64,000 nt of DNA. It comes from Collinsella sp. (lineage in GTDB: Bacteria > Actinomycetota > Coriobacteriia > Coriobacteriales > Coriobacteriaceae). Position numbers and translations under genes: made by a program. The DNA lies in assembly GCA_018365375.1 (NCBI GenBank), contig JAGZKE010000007.1, forward strand, positions 10,755-74,754, given 5' to 3'. Each line of letters starts with the position of its first letter. Position 1 is the first letter of the stretch. This document shows positions 1 to 8,705 of this stretch, piece by piece. A model generated the notes under the pieces. It had not been told where the DNA came from, did no database searches, and worked only from the letters and a program-made list of their open reading frames with translations.

Positions 1-482
1 CTATGGCTTCCGAGATCCTTCCCGGTAAGACCATCCTCGAGGCCCTCAACACCGACCTCGTCTGCGACGCCATCAACGTTGCTATGCGCGAGATCTTCCT
101 GCAGATCGTTTACGGCCGCAGCCAGACCGCGTTCTCCGAGGGCGGCCTGCCCGTGGGCGCCTCCCTCGACGACCTCGGCAAGGGCCTTCGCTCTCAGGTC
201 GGCACCATGTTCGGCACCAAGGCCAAGGGCGCTCGTTACCTCGAGCTCGCTCAGGGCTACGTCACCCGCATGGCTCTCAACGACAAGAACGAGATCATCG
301 CGTTCGAGTTCCTGAACCTCGGTAAGTTCACCGACGCCGTCAAGGCCGGCAAGACCCCCGAGGAGGCCATCGCTGGCGCTATGGGCCACTATGGTCAGTG
401 GGAGAACGCTGCCAAGTACATCGACCCGCGCACCGACGAGGAGACTCACTCCGTCGCCAGCGTGTTCCCGGTTCACGAGTAG
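1..482 (+). CDS. NifU/IscU-like scaffold-domain protein, partner of GGGtGRT protein (5'-truncated by window)
   Basis: ORF runs off the window start; 'LVCDAINVAMREIFLQIVYGRSQTAFSEGGLPVGASL' resembles the protein I recall upstream of GGGtGRT genes; strong codon bias. Confidence 0.6.
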   Translation, partial: MASEILPGKTILEALNTDLVCDAINVAMREIFLQIVYGRSQTAFSEGGLPVGASLDDLGKGLRSQVGTMFGTKAKGARYLELAQGYVTRMALNDKNEIIAFEFLNLGKFTDAVKAGKTPEEAIAGAMGHYGQWENAAKYIDPRTDEETHSVASVFPVHE

Positions 483-500
483 AAAGGGAGGGAAATAACT

Positions 501-1505
501 ATGACTGTTACGTTCGAAGGTTACGAGCGCCGCGCTGACAAGATCAACAAGTGCCTCGCCGACAACGGCATCGCCTCCCTCGAGGAAGCTCTGCAGATCT
601 GCACCGACAAGGGCTTCAACCCGCGTGAGATCGTCAACAACACCCAGTCCATCGCCTTCCAGAACGCCGAGTGGGCCTACACCCTCGGCTGCGCTCTCGC
701 TGTCAAGCGTGGCGCCAAGACTGCTTCTGAGGCTGCCGCCATCATCGGCGAGGGCATCCAGGCCTTCACCGTTCCCGGTTCCGTCGCCGAGGACCGCAAG
801 GTCGGTCTGGGTCACGGTAACCTGGGCGCCATGCTGCTCTCCGACGACACCGAGTGCTTCGCCTTCCTGGCTGGCCATGAGTCCTTCGCTGCCGCTGAGG
901 GCGCTATCGGCCTGGCTCTGAACGCCAACAAGGCTCGTAAGAAGCCGCTGCGCGTTATCCTCAACGGTCTGGGCAAGGACGCCGCTCAGATCATCGCCCG
1001 CATCAACGGCTTCACCTACGTGAAGACCCAGTTCGACTACTTCACGGGCGAGCTCAAGGTCGTCGAGACCATCCCCTACTCCGATGGTCCCCGCGCCGCC
1101 GTCAACTGCTACGGCGCCGACGACGTCCGCGAGGGCGTTGCCATCATGTGGCACGAGAACGTCGACATCTCGATCACCGGCAACTCCACCAACCCGACGC
1201 GCTTCCAGCACCCCGTCGCTGGCACCTACAAGAAGGAGCGCCTCGAGGCTGGCAAGAAGTACTTCTCCGTCGCTTCTGGTGGCGGCACTGGCCGTACCCT
1301 GCACCCGGACAACATGGGCGCCGGCCCTGCCTCTTACGGCATGACCGACACCATGGGCCGTATGCACTCCGACGCCCAGTTCGCCGGTTCTTCCTCCGTG
1401 CCTGCGCACGTCGACATGATGGGTCTCATCGGCATGGGCAACAACCCCATGGTCGGTGCCACCGTCGCCTGCGCTGTCGCCGTCGAGGAGGCCCTCAAGG
1501 CCTAA
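501..1505 (+). CDS. GGGtGRT family protein (function unknown)
   Basis: Contains the signature 'VASGGGTGRTLHPDN'; SD GGGAGG upstream. Confidence 0.9.
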   Translation: MTVTFEGYERRADKINKCLADNGIASLEEALQICTDKGFNPREIVNNTQSIAFQNAEWAYTLGCALAVKRGAKTASEAAAIIGEGIQAFTVPGSVAEDRKVGLGHGNLGAMLLSDDTECFAFLAGHESFAAAEGAIGLALNANKARKKPLRVILNGLGKDAAQIIARINGFTYVKTQFDYFTGELKVVETIPYSDGPRAAVNCYGADDVREGVAIMWHENVDISITGNSTNPTRFQHPVAGTYKKERLEAGKKYFSVASGGGTGRTLHPDNMGAGPASYGMTDTMGRMHSDAQFAGSSSVPAHVDMMGLIGMGNNPMVGATVACAVAVEEALKA

Positions 1506-1539
1506 TCGCGCCCGCGCGATGCTCATGTAGTTGAGCTTT

Positions 1540-1574
1540 AGAGCCGCTACCCACCCGGGTAGCGGCTCTTTTTA
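1540..1574 (+). terminator. Intrinsic terminator
   Basis: agagccgctaccc-accc-gggtagcggctct followed by a T-run. Confidence 0.85.
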
Positions 1575-1623
1575 TTTGCCCCGTCCCAAATTGGTTACTC
1601 TTTATTAGAAGGTCCGATATATC

Positions 1624-1690
1624 AGTTGCGGTGAAATACGGACTGAATTGCATCCATACAGGCCAAAACAGTCCGTATTCCACCGCAACT
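1624..1690. repeat. Palindromic element, AGTTGCGGTG family, copy 1
   Basis: 22-bp arms agttgcggtgaaatacggactg / cagtccgtattccaccgcaact with 1 mismatch; related copy at 61327. Confidence 0.85.
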
Positions 1691-1827
1691 TATCAAATAG
1701 GCCGACCGAAGTGGCCGAGTCCATCTGACGCCCACCTGCCATATTTGCCCTTTACCGATTTGCCGGGTCTTTGCGGCCCCATTGCCGATCACCCGTGCGA
1801 CAATGCGCCGGACGAGAAAGGAATCCG

Positions 1828-3354
1828 ATGGAATCGACTGATGTACTGGTAATTGGATCTGGCATTGCGGGCCTTTGTGCCGCCATCGAAGCGGCACGCA
1901 CGGGTGCAACCGTCACTGTGGCAAGCGCCGGCAAGACCATGAGTGGATCGAGCTTCTTCCCGGGTACCTGGGGCCTCGGCCTCATCGGTCCCGTCGACGA
2001 AGACGACGAGCAGGACCTCATCGACACCATCCTGGCCGTCGGCGGCGGCGTTGCCGACCCCGAACTCGTCCAAACGTTCGTCCACGGCATTCCCCAAGCG
2101 ATTGACTGGCTCGAGCAAGACCTGAGCGTTGAGCTCCAGCGTCCGCAAAGCGCCAAGAGTGCTCAACAAAAGCAATTTATCCCCTGCTTTGACCACAAGA
2201 CGCGCATGTGGCGCGGCCTCACCCGCAAGCCCCTTGAGGACGCTCTGACGACCTGGATCGAGTCGCTCGGCATTCGCCTGCTCCCCCGCCATGAGCTTAT
2301 CGACCTTGTTGAGGACACGAACGGCAGAATAACCGGAACCGTACTCTACGACCTTACCGAAAATCGAATCGTGCCCTTTGCTGCCAAGGCCACGATCATC
2401 GCAGCCGGTGGCACAGGCGGCCTGTTTGAGCGCAGCCTTACGTCGGCCGATGTGCTCAGCTCCTCGCAGGCCATCGCACTCGCGCACGGCGCATCGCTTA
2501 CTAATATAGAGTTCATGCAGATGATGCCCGGCTTCATAGAGCCCAAGCGCAACCTGGTCTTCAACGAGAAAACCTGGCGCTACGTACATGTAGACCAGCC
2601 GGCAGATATTGCCGACGACAAGCTGGACGACCTGCTCGAGCAGCGCTCTGGATATGGTCCTTTCACGTCACGCTTGGCCTCCCGCGCTATCGATCTTGCC
2701 ATCGATCAGGCAGGCGCCGAAGGCCTGGCGCTCCGCTACGACTTCCCCCGCGAGGATGTCCCAGAGTTTGTGCAGACATTTGCCACCTGGCTGCAAGACG
2801 AGCACGGCATCGCCCCGACTGACGAGATGCGCGTTGCGATGTATGCCCACGCCGCTAACGGCGGCATCAAGATCGATAAGACCGCGTACACGGGCGTTGA
2901 GGGCCTCTACGCTTGCGGCGAGGCGACAGGCGGCATGCACGGAGCCGACCGCATTGGTGGCTTATCAAGTGCCAACGGCATCGTGTTCGGGCGCATCGCG
3001 GGCGCATCGGCAGCCCTTGCAGCGCAGAAAGAGCCTAAGACAGCCCTGAAGGCGGATATCGCCCTCCCCCAGCACGGCATTGCCACAACAGATGCCGAGC
3101 GCCTGACCCGCAGCCTTAAGCACACGATGAGCACCTATTGCATGATCAACCGCACCGAGACGGGCCTATCCGAGGCTCTGCAACAGCTTGAAAGCCTGCA
3201 AGACAAGGCCATGGCGCTGAACAAGCCGCATGCCGATGACAGCGAGATCGCAGCCCTCGCCCGCCTACAGTCGCAGATTCAGCTGTCGATGGAGATGGTC
3301 AAAGCCATGCGCAAGCGAACCGAAAGTCTCGGATCGCACTATCGAGCAGACTAA
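1828..3354 (+). CDS. FAD-binding oxidoreductase (L-aspartate oxidase/fumarate reductase flavoprotein superfamily)
   Basis: N-terminal 'DVLVIGSGIAG', 'GLYACGE', 'HGADRIGGLS', C-terminal 'ESLGSHYR'; SD GAAAGGA before ATG 1828. Confidence 0.8.
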   Translation: MESTDVLVIGSGIAGLCAAIEAARTGATVTVASAGKTMSGSSFFPGTWGLGLIGPVDEDDEQDLIDTILAVGGGVADPELVQTFVHGIPQAIDWLEQDLSVELQRPQSAKSAQQKQFIPCFDHKTRMWRGLTRKPLEDALTTWIESLGIRLLPRHELIDLVEDTNGRITGTVLYDLTENRIVPFAAKATIIAAGGTGGLFERSLTSADVLSSSQAIALAHGASLTNIEFMQMMPGFIEPKRNLVFNEKTWRYVHVDQPADIADDKLDDLLEQRSGYGPFTSRLASRAIDLAIDQAGAEGLALRYDFPREDVPEFVQTFATWLQDEHGIAPTDEMRVAMYAHAANGGIKIDKTAYTGVEGLYACGEATGGMHGADRIGGLSSANGIVFGRIAGASAALAAQKEPKTALKADIALPQHGIATTDAERLTRSLKHTMSTYCMINRTETGLSEALQQLESLQDKAMALNKPHADDSEIAALARLQSQIQLSMEMVKAMRKRTESLGSHYRAD

Positions 3355-3476
3355 ATCGATTCTCACTTTGAGTTTGATCACAACTTCTCAACATGCATCG
3401 AGCCCCGTGAGCATAATTCTCATAAGGAGAGCACGTTTATGGGGCTTTAGCCGTGTTTCCCTAAGGGAATCACGGT

Positions 3477-3767
3477 GCAGTTTCCCCAACTTCGCGCCCC
3501 GACGGGTTCGACCCCATGCGAGGTCAACAAAAAAGCGACCAGCCTGGGCCGGTCACTTTAACAATCTTTGGGTGGGCCGTCAGGGGGTCAGCCTGCTGCG
3601 CAGGCGGTCGCTGCGGCGCTTCGCGCCTTGCGCGCTGCGCTGGCAAATGCTTACGCATTTCCTCAGCTCCGCACCCCGACGGGTTCGACCCCATGTGAGG
3701 TTAACAAAAAAAGCGACCAGTCTAAGCCAGTCGCTTTAACATGCTTTGGGTGGGCCGTCAGGGGGTC
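3477..3767. repeat. Tandem ~178-bp repeat downstream of tRNA-Lys, containing a duplicated tRNA 3' end
   Basis: 3477-3589 aligns with 3655-3767; gggtgggccgtcagggggtc occurs at 3570 and 3748. Confidence 0.85.
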
Positions 3768-3823
3768 GAACCCTGGACCTTGGGATTAAGAGTCCCCTGC
3801 TCTACCAACTGAGCTAACGACCC
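3751..3823 (-). tRNA. tRNA-Lys(CTT), CCA not encoded
   Basis: Reverse complement GGGTCGTTAGCTCAGTTGGTAGAGCAGGGGACTCTTAATCCC...GGTTCGACCCCCTGACGGCCCA, followed by CCC. Confidence 0.95.
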
Positions 3824-3866
3824 AAAGCTAAAGTCCGTTGTGGCGGACTTTAGAGGAGATATCGTG

Positions 3867-3942
3867 TGGTGGGCCGTCAGGGGGTCGAACCCTGGACCTT
3901 GGGATTAAGAGTCCCCTGCTCTACCAACTGAGCTAACGACCC
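3867..3942 (-). tRNA. tRNA-Lys(CTT), CCA encoded
   Basis: Body identical to the copy at 3751; ends in CCA. Confidence 0.95.
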
Positions 3943-3964
3943 GATATCAACACGAAGCAAGAAC

Positions 3965-4042
3965 TGGGGTGGGTAAAGGGACTCGAACCCTCGACCTACG
4001 GGACCACAACCCGTCGCTCTAGCCAACTGAGCTACACCCACC
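3965..4042 (-). tRNA. tRNA-His(GTG)
   Basis: GGTGGGTGTAGCTCAGTTGG...GGGTTGTGGTCCCG...GGTTCGAGTCCC...CCCCA; G-1 and C73 present. Confidence 0.95.
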
Positions 4043-4207
4043 GTGTCCTGTGCGCTTCGCGCTCGACTATTATTGCAAGGAACGCCACGCGATGCAAGCC
4101 CCAATTTTCAAGAATTTTGAAAAGAGTTTTTCGAGACCATTTCGAGCAAATCCCACCGGTTTCATAGGAGTAAACTTGCCCCACTGCAAATGCTCGAAAG
4201 GACCGGC

Positions 4208-5389
4208 ATGAAAGAACTATCCAACCGCACGGCAACGTTTACCGATTCGGTCATCCGCCGCATGACACGCATCTCCAATAAGTATGGCGCTGTCAATCTC
4301 TCGCAGGGCTTCCCTGACTTCGATCCCCCAGCGCAGCTGCTCGATAGCCTCAGCGCCATCGCCAGCGACCCCAAGCCGCTCTATCACCAGTACTCCATCA
4401 CCTGGGGCTCCCAGGCCATGCGCGAGGCGCTCGCCGCCAAACAGGAGCACTTTATGGGCATGCCGGTGAACCCCAACGAGAATATCGTAGTCACCTGCGG
4501 CTCCACCGAGGCCATGATGGCCGCCATGATGACGGTTACGAACCCCGGAGACAAGGTCGTCATCTTCTCGCCGTTCTACGAGAACTACGGCGCTGACACC
4601 ATTCTCTCGGGTGCCGAGCCCATCTATGTGCCGCTCAACCCGCCCACATTCGACTTTGACCGCGAGGCGCTCGAGGCTGCCTTCCGCGACAACGACCCCA
4701 AGGCCATCGTCCTGTGCAACCCTTCCAACCCCTGCGGCAAGGTCTTTACGCGCGAAGAGCTCACCTTTATCGCCGACCTGTGCAAAAAGTACGACGCGTA
4801 CTGCATCACCGACGAAGTCTACGAGCACATCGTCTACGCGCCCCATGAGCACGTCTACATGGCCACGCTGCCCGGCATGTTCGAGCGAACCATCAGCTGC
4901 AGCTCGCTGTCTAAGACGTACTCCATCACCGGCTGGCGTCTGGGCTACACCATCGCCCCGGCCCAGATCACCGAGCGCATCAAGAAGGTCCACGACTTTC
5001 TCACCGTGGGTGCCGCCGCTCCCCTGCAGGAAGCCGTTGTCACCGCCCTCAACTTCGACGACAGCTATTACGATGAGGTCCTCGACCTCTACACCGCCAA
5101 ACGCGACCTGTTCTGCCAGGGGCTCGATAGCATCGGTCTTGAGCATAACGTGCCGCAGGGCGCCTACTACGTCATGATGGACATCTCTGAGTTTGGCTAT
5201 GACAGCGACCTCGAATTCTGCGAGGACCTCGCATCCAAGGTGGGCGTGGGCGCCGTGCCCGGCTCGAGCTTCTTCCGCGAGCCCGTCAACCATCTGATTC
5301 GTTTCCACTTTGCCAAGCGGGACGAGACGCTTAACGCGGCACTGGAGAACCTCAAGTCGCTACGTGATAAAATCAAGCCGCGCGGGTAA
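4208..5389 (+). CDS. PLP-dependent aminotransferase, class I/II
   Basis: 'NLSQGFPDF', 'NPSNPCG', 'DEVYEH', 'SLSKTYSITGWRLG'. Confidence 0.92.
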   Translation: MKELSNRTATFTDSVIRRMTRISNKYGAVNLSQGFPDFDPPAQLLDSLSAIASDPKPLYHQYSITWGSQAMREALAAKQEHFMGMPVNPNENIVVTCGSTEAMMAAMMTVTNPGDKVVIFSPFYENYGADTILSGAEPIYVPLNPPTFDFDREALEAAFRDNDPKAIVLCNPSNPCGKVFTREELTFIADLCKKYDAYCITDEVYEHIVYAPHEHVYMATLPGMFERTISCSSLSKTYSITGWRLGYTIAPAQITERIKKVHDFLTVGAAAPLQEAVVTALNFDDSYYDEVLDLYTAKRDLFCQGLDSIGLEHNVPQGAYYVMMDISEFGYDSDLEFCEDLASKVGVGAVPGSSFFREPVNHLIRFHFAKRDETLNAALENLKSLRDKIKPRG

Positions 5390-5530
5390 GGACGGCCCGG
5401 CAACTAAAGCAACCAAAGAAGCCCCGCACCGCCCGCCACGTTGCGAGGCTTCTTTTTATAGCGCTTTCTTAAATGGTTTAGAGCCCTATACTTTAGTCAC
5501 GGAGCAACTTGTCCCAGAGAGAGGAATACT

Positions 5531-6421
5531 ATGGCAGAACAGCAGCTTATCGGAGCGCTCGAGGCCGGCGGCACCAAGATGGTCTGCGCCACGGGCTATG
5601 CAGACGGTACGGTCCTGGAGCGTGAGCAGATCGCGACCACGACCCCGCAGGAGACCGTCGAGGCCGTCAACGCGTGGTTTGCCGACAAGGGCATCGCCGC
5701 GCTGGGCATCGGCGCCTTTGGCCCCACCGCAGTCAACCCTGCCTCGCCCCAATACGGCAAGATCCTGGAGACGCCCAAAACGGCATGGCGCTACTTTGAC
5801 CTGCTGGGCACTATCCAAAACGAGCTCAATATCCCCTGCGGCTACGACACCGACGTCAACGTCGCCTGCCTGGGCGAGGTCACCTTTGGTTGCGCCCAGG
5901 GCCTCACTGACGTTGTGTATCTGACCATCGGCACCGGCGTGGGCGCCGGCGTGCTCTCGGGCGGTAAGCTCGTACACGGCATGATGCATCCCGAGGCCGG
6001 CCACATCCTGGTCACGCGCGACCCGCGCGACACCATTGGCGAGCACAGCGCCTGCCCCTTCCACGACAATTGCCTCGAGGGTCTCATCGCCGGCCCCGGC
6101 GTTAAAAAGCGCTGGGATGGCAAGAGCGCCGGAGACATGGCCGATGACCCGGAGGCCATGGACCTGCTCGCAGGCTATCTGGCACAGGCGCTCATGACCT
6201 ACACGCTGTGCTACGCGCCGCAAAAGATCATCATCGGTGGCGGCGTGGCCGACCACACCCCCATCGTGCCGCTCGCGCGCAAGAAGTGCGCCGAGATGCT
6301 CAACGGTTATATCGTCACGCCCGAGGTCAACGACATCGATACCTATATTGTCAACAACAGCCTTGAGGGCAAGCAGGGCATCATGGGCTGCCTGGCCCTG
6401 GGCGCGCAGGCGCTTCAGTAA
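5531..6421 (+). CDS. scrK: ROK family fructokinase
   Basis: 'EAGGTKMVC', 'TDVN', 'TIGTGVGAG', 'HPEAGH', 'CPFHDNCLEG'. Confidence 0.8.
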   Translation: MAEQQLIGALEAGGTKMVCATGYADGTVLEREQIATTTPQETVEAVNAWFADKGIAALGIGAFGPTAVNPASPQYGKILETPKTAWRYFDLLGTIQNELNIPCGYDTDVNVACLGEVTFGCAQGLTDVVYLTIGTGVGAGVLSGGKLVHGMMHPEAGHILVTRDPRDTIGEHSACPFHDNCLEGLIAGPGVKKRWDGKSAGDMADDPEAMDLLAGYLAQALMTYTLCYAPQKIIIGGGVADHTPIVPLARKKCAEMLNGYIVTPEVNDIDTYIVNNSLEGKQGIMGCLALGAQALQ

Positions 6422-6534
6422 CAGACGCACCCACAGGGCGTGGCGCGCCCGGCAAATCCAACCTACGGAACGACGCCACCACGCCCTATATAAGCCCTCT
6501 AATAAAAAAGGCCGCCTAGCACCAAGCATACGTC

Positions 6535-6984
6535 CTAGGCGGCCTTTTTGGCACATATGAGCGATCGTAGTAGATATCGGAGCACAACGCCCGTTGCCGC
6601 TCCACAGCAGTCGATCATCACATCGGTGATCATGCCGGCGCGTCCCGGCACAAAGAGCTGAATCGTCTCGTCGATCGAAGGAATCAGCAGCAGGAACACC
6701 GCCGTGGGCAGCAGCACGTCAAAGGTGCGCCGGCCCTCAAAATCAAAGGCGTGCGTTGCCAAGATGCCGAGCACCATATACTCGGTAAAATGCGCGCACT
6801 TGCGAACAACAAAGTTGGTCACCCATTCATATGGAAGTCCCACGCCGTGCAGGAAACCGCGGATAGCTTCCATGACCGTTAGGCTCAGCGAGCCCGACCC
6901 CGAGCCGGGAACCAGCGAATTGCCCCAGATCAAGAGCGCCATCAGGCAGGTCACGACCGCCCATTTTCGATTGATCTTAACCAT
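6535..6984 (-). CDS. VanZ family membrane protein
   Basis: 'VRKCAHFTEY', 'DETIQLFVPGRAG', 'DVMID'. Confidence 0.9.
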   Translation of the reverse strand: MVKINRKWAVVTCLMALLIWGNSLVPGSGSGSLSLTVMEAIRGFLHGVGLPYEWVTNFVVRKCAHFTEYMVLGILATHAFDFEGRRTFDVLLPTAVFLLLIPSIDETIQLFVPGRAGMITDVMIDCCGAATGVVLRYLLRSLICAKKAA

Positions 6985-6991
6985 GCAGAAG

Positions 6992-8392
6992 TTATGCCTC
7001 CGCGCGGAGCGGCGCGAAGCTGGCGGTACCGCCCTCGATAACGCTCAGGTAGGCACGGCCCGTACGCTTGGCGGTAGAGGACTGCAGGCGCTCGATCTCC
7101 TCCTCGAGGATCTGATTGACGCGCTCGTGACGACGGTTTTCCATAATGCCGGCGGCAATAGCCTCGGCCCGCTCGATGCTCTCGCGCGAGATACGGGCAG
7201 TATCCTCGGGGAACACAGCGCTGTGACGGCCGACATAGGCGGGGGCAGCAGGCTGAGGGGCAGCGACGGGAGCGGGGGCTGCAACAGGAGCAGGCTCGTC
7301 AATCTCATCCAGAATCGCGGTGGCGGCGGCCCACATGTCCTCGTGGCCCGAGTAATCAGCCATGGGGACATCAACCTCGAGTGAGGCATCCGGAAGGTCG
7401 CCGGTGTCGATGCGATCTTGGGCATCAATCGATGCGGTGATGGCTGCAGGCTCATCGAGGTCATCGAAATCGATATCCGCGGCACCGGAGATGATAGGCA
7501 TGCTGGCGAGGTTTACATTGTACGGCGCAGCCTCAGCCGCCTGCTGCTGGGCAGGAGCGCCCCACAGCGAGCTTTCGGCGGCACGGCGGGCGGCAACGGC
7601 CTCCTCGTCCGCGGCCATGGCTTCATCAACGTACGAATTGTCGGCAGAAGCGTTCGCGTCCGCCGAGGTAGCGCTGTAGGCGTTATTGGCTGCCGCGTTG
7701 GCGACGAGTGCCACGAAAGCCGCCGTGCTGCCCGCAGGGGCGGCCTGGGAGCCAGACACGGCGCGTGCCGCGGCGGCGATGTCGTCGCGATTGAAGGAGC
7801 CGGTCTGCCCGCCGTTGGTGAGCTCGTCGATGGCGACTTGATAGACGTCGCGCGAGTGTGCAGGGTCGCAGCTCACCGGCGAATCGTCGTCGAGCATACT
7901 GTCGATCATGGACCAAGCCTCGTCCTCGTCCATAGCATCTGCGGCTCGAGCGATGGTAGGGACACCATCATCGGCATGACGGCGCTGGAACGCACCAGTC
8001 AGGCCGGAAAGGAATGCCGAGGTAGACTGCTCCGCCTGAGCCTGAGAATCAGAAGCCACAGCGTAAGGAGTCGCATCCTGCTGCTGAGCTGAAATCGAGG
8101 CGGTCTTGAACTCGCTTTGATGCTGATTGAGATTGGCGGCACCGCCCATGGCATCGGGCTGGAACAGACGCTCTTCACGCTGCGCACGATACTCGGAGAT
8201 ACCCAGCGAGGCGGCATAGATGCCCACGCCCGCCACCGCGCCCACGGCGAAGGGAACCGCACCCGCCACGACCGTCTCGTTCACAGACGAAAACGGCAGC
8301 GTCGCAGCATACATAACCACGGGAGCGGCAAGGCCGATCCCGCACGAAAGTCCGGCAAGGACTGCTCGTTGTGTTGCATCAGAAGAAGCCAT
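6992..8392 (-). CDS. Hypothetical protein with two N-terminal TM segments and an acidic/Ala-rich tail
   Basis: Long ORF with coding-like codon use and hydrophobic N-terminus; start inferred at MASSD. Confidence 0.7.
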   Translation of the reverse strand: MASSDATQRAVLAGLSCGIGLAAPVVMYAATLPFSSVNETVVAGAVPFAVGAVAGVGIYAASLGISEYRAQREERLFQPDAMGGAANLNQHQSEFKTASISAQQQDATPYAVASDSQAQAEQSTSAFLSGLTGAFQRRHADDGVPTIARAADAMDEDEAWSMIDSMLDDDSPVSCDPAHSRDVYQVAIDELTNGGQTGSFNRDDIAAAARAVSGSQAAPAGSTAAFVALVANAAANNAYSATSADANASADNSYVDEAMAADEEAVAARRAAESSLWGAPAQQQAAEAAPYNVNLASMPIISGAADIDFDDLDEPAAITASIDAQDRIDTGDLPDASLEVDVPMADYSGHEDMWAAATAILDEIDEPAPVAAPAPVAAPQPAAPAYVGRHSAVFPEDTARISRESIERAEAIAAGIMENRRHERVNQILEEEIERLQSSTAKRTGRAYLSVIEGGTASFAPLRAEA

Positions 8393-8636
8393 GAGCTCTC
8401 CCCATCTTCCAGCACCCAAATCGCATCATTCAGTTGGCTGCGCGAGAGAAGATGAAGCGGGGCTATGCCCCAAAGCAACGGTATATGGTTCGTTTCATCT
8501 GCGTTTTCCGTCGCGAAGCTTAAAAGCTATTATGCGAAACCGCCCTGTCGATTGCAAGCGACGATGTCGGATTGAAACGGGAAACCTGCTGCTTGCCAGT
8601 CTTATGGTCAAAAATAGGCGCGGAGCGGCGATATAG

Positions 8637-8668
8637 AAAAGGGCCGAGGCTCAAAGCCCCGACCCTTT
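8637..8668 (-). terminator. Intrinsic terminator after rho
   Basis: aaagggccgaggc-tcaaa-gccccgacccttt hairpin with flanking A/T runs. Confidence 0.65.
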
Positions 8669-8705
8669 ATTGCATTGATGACTATCGCTGCGTGTGGATG
8701 ACAAC

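Noticed and set aside
3570..3589. Possible third tRNA-Lys
   Set aside because: Only the 3' 17 nt are present; no anticodon or D arm
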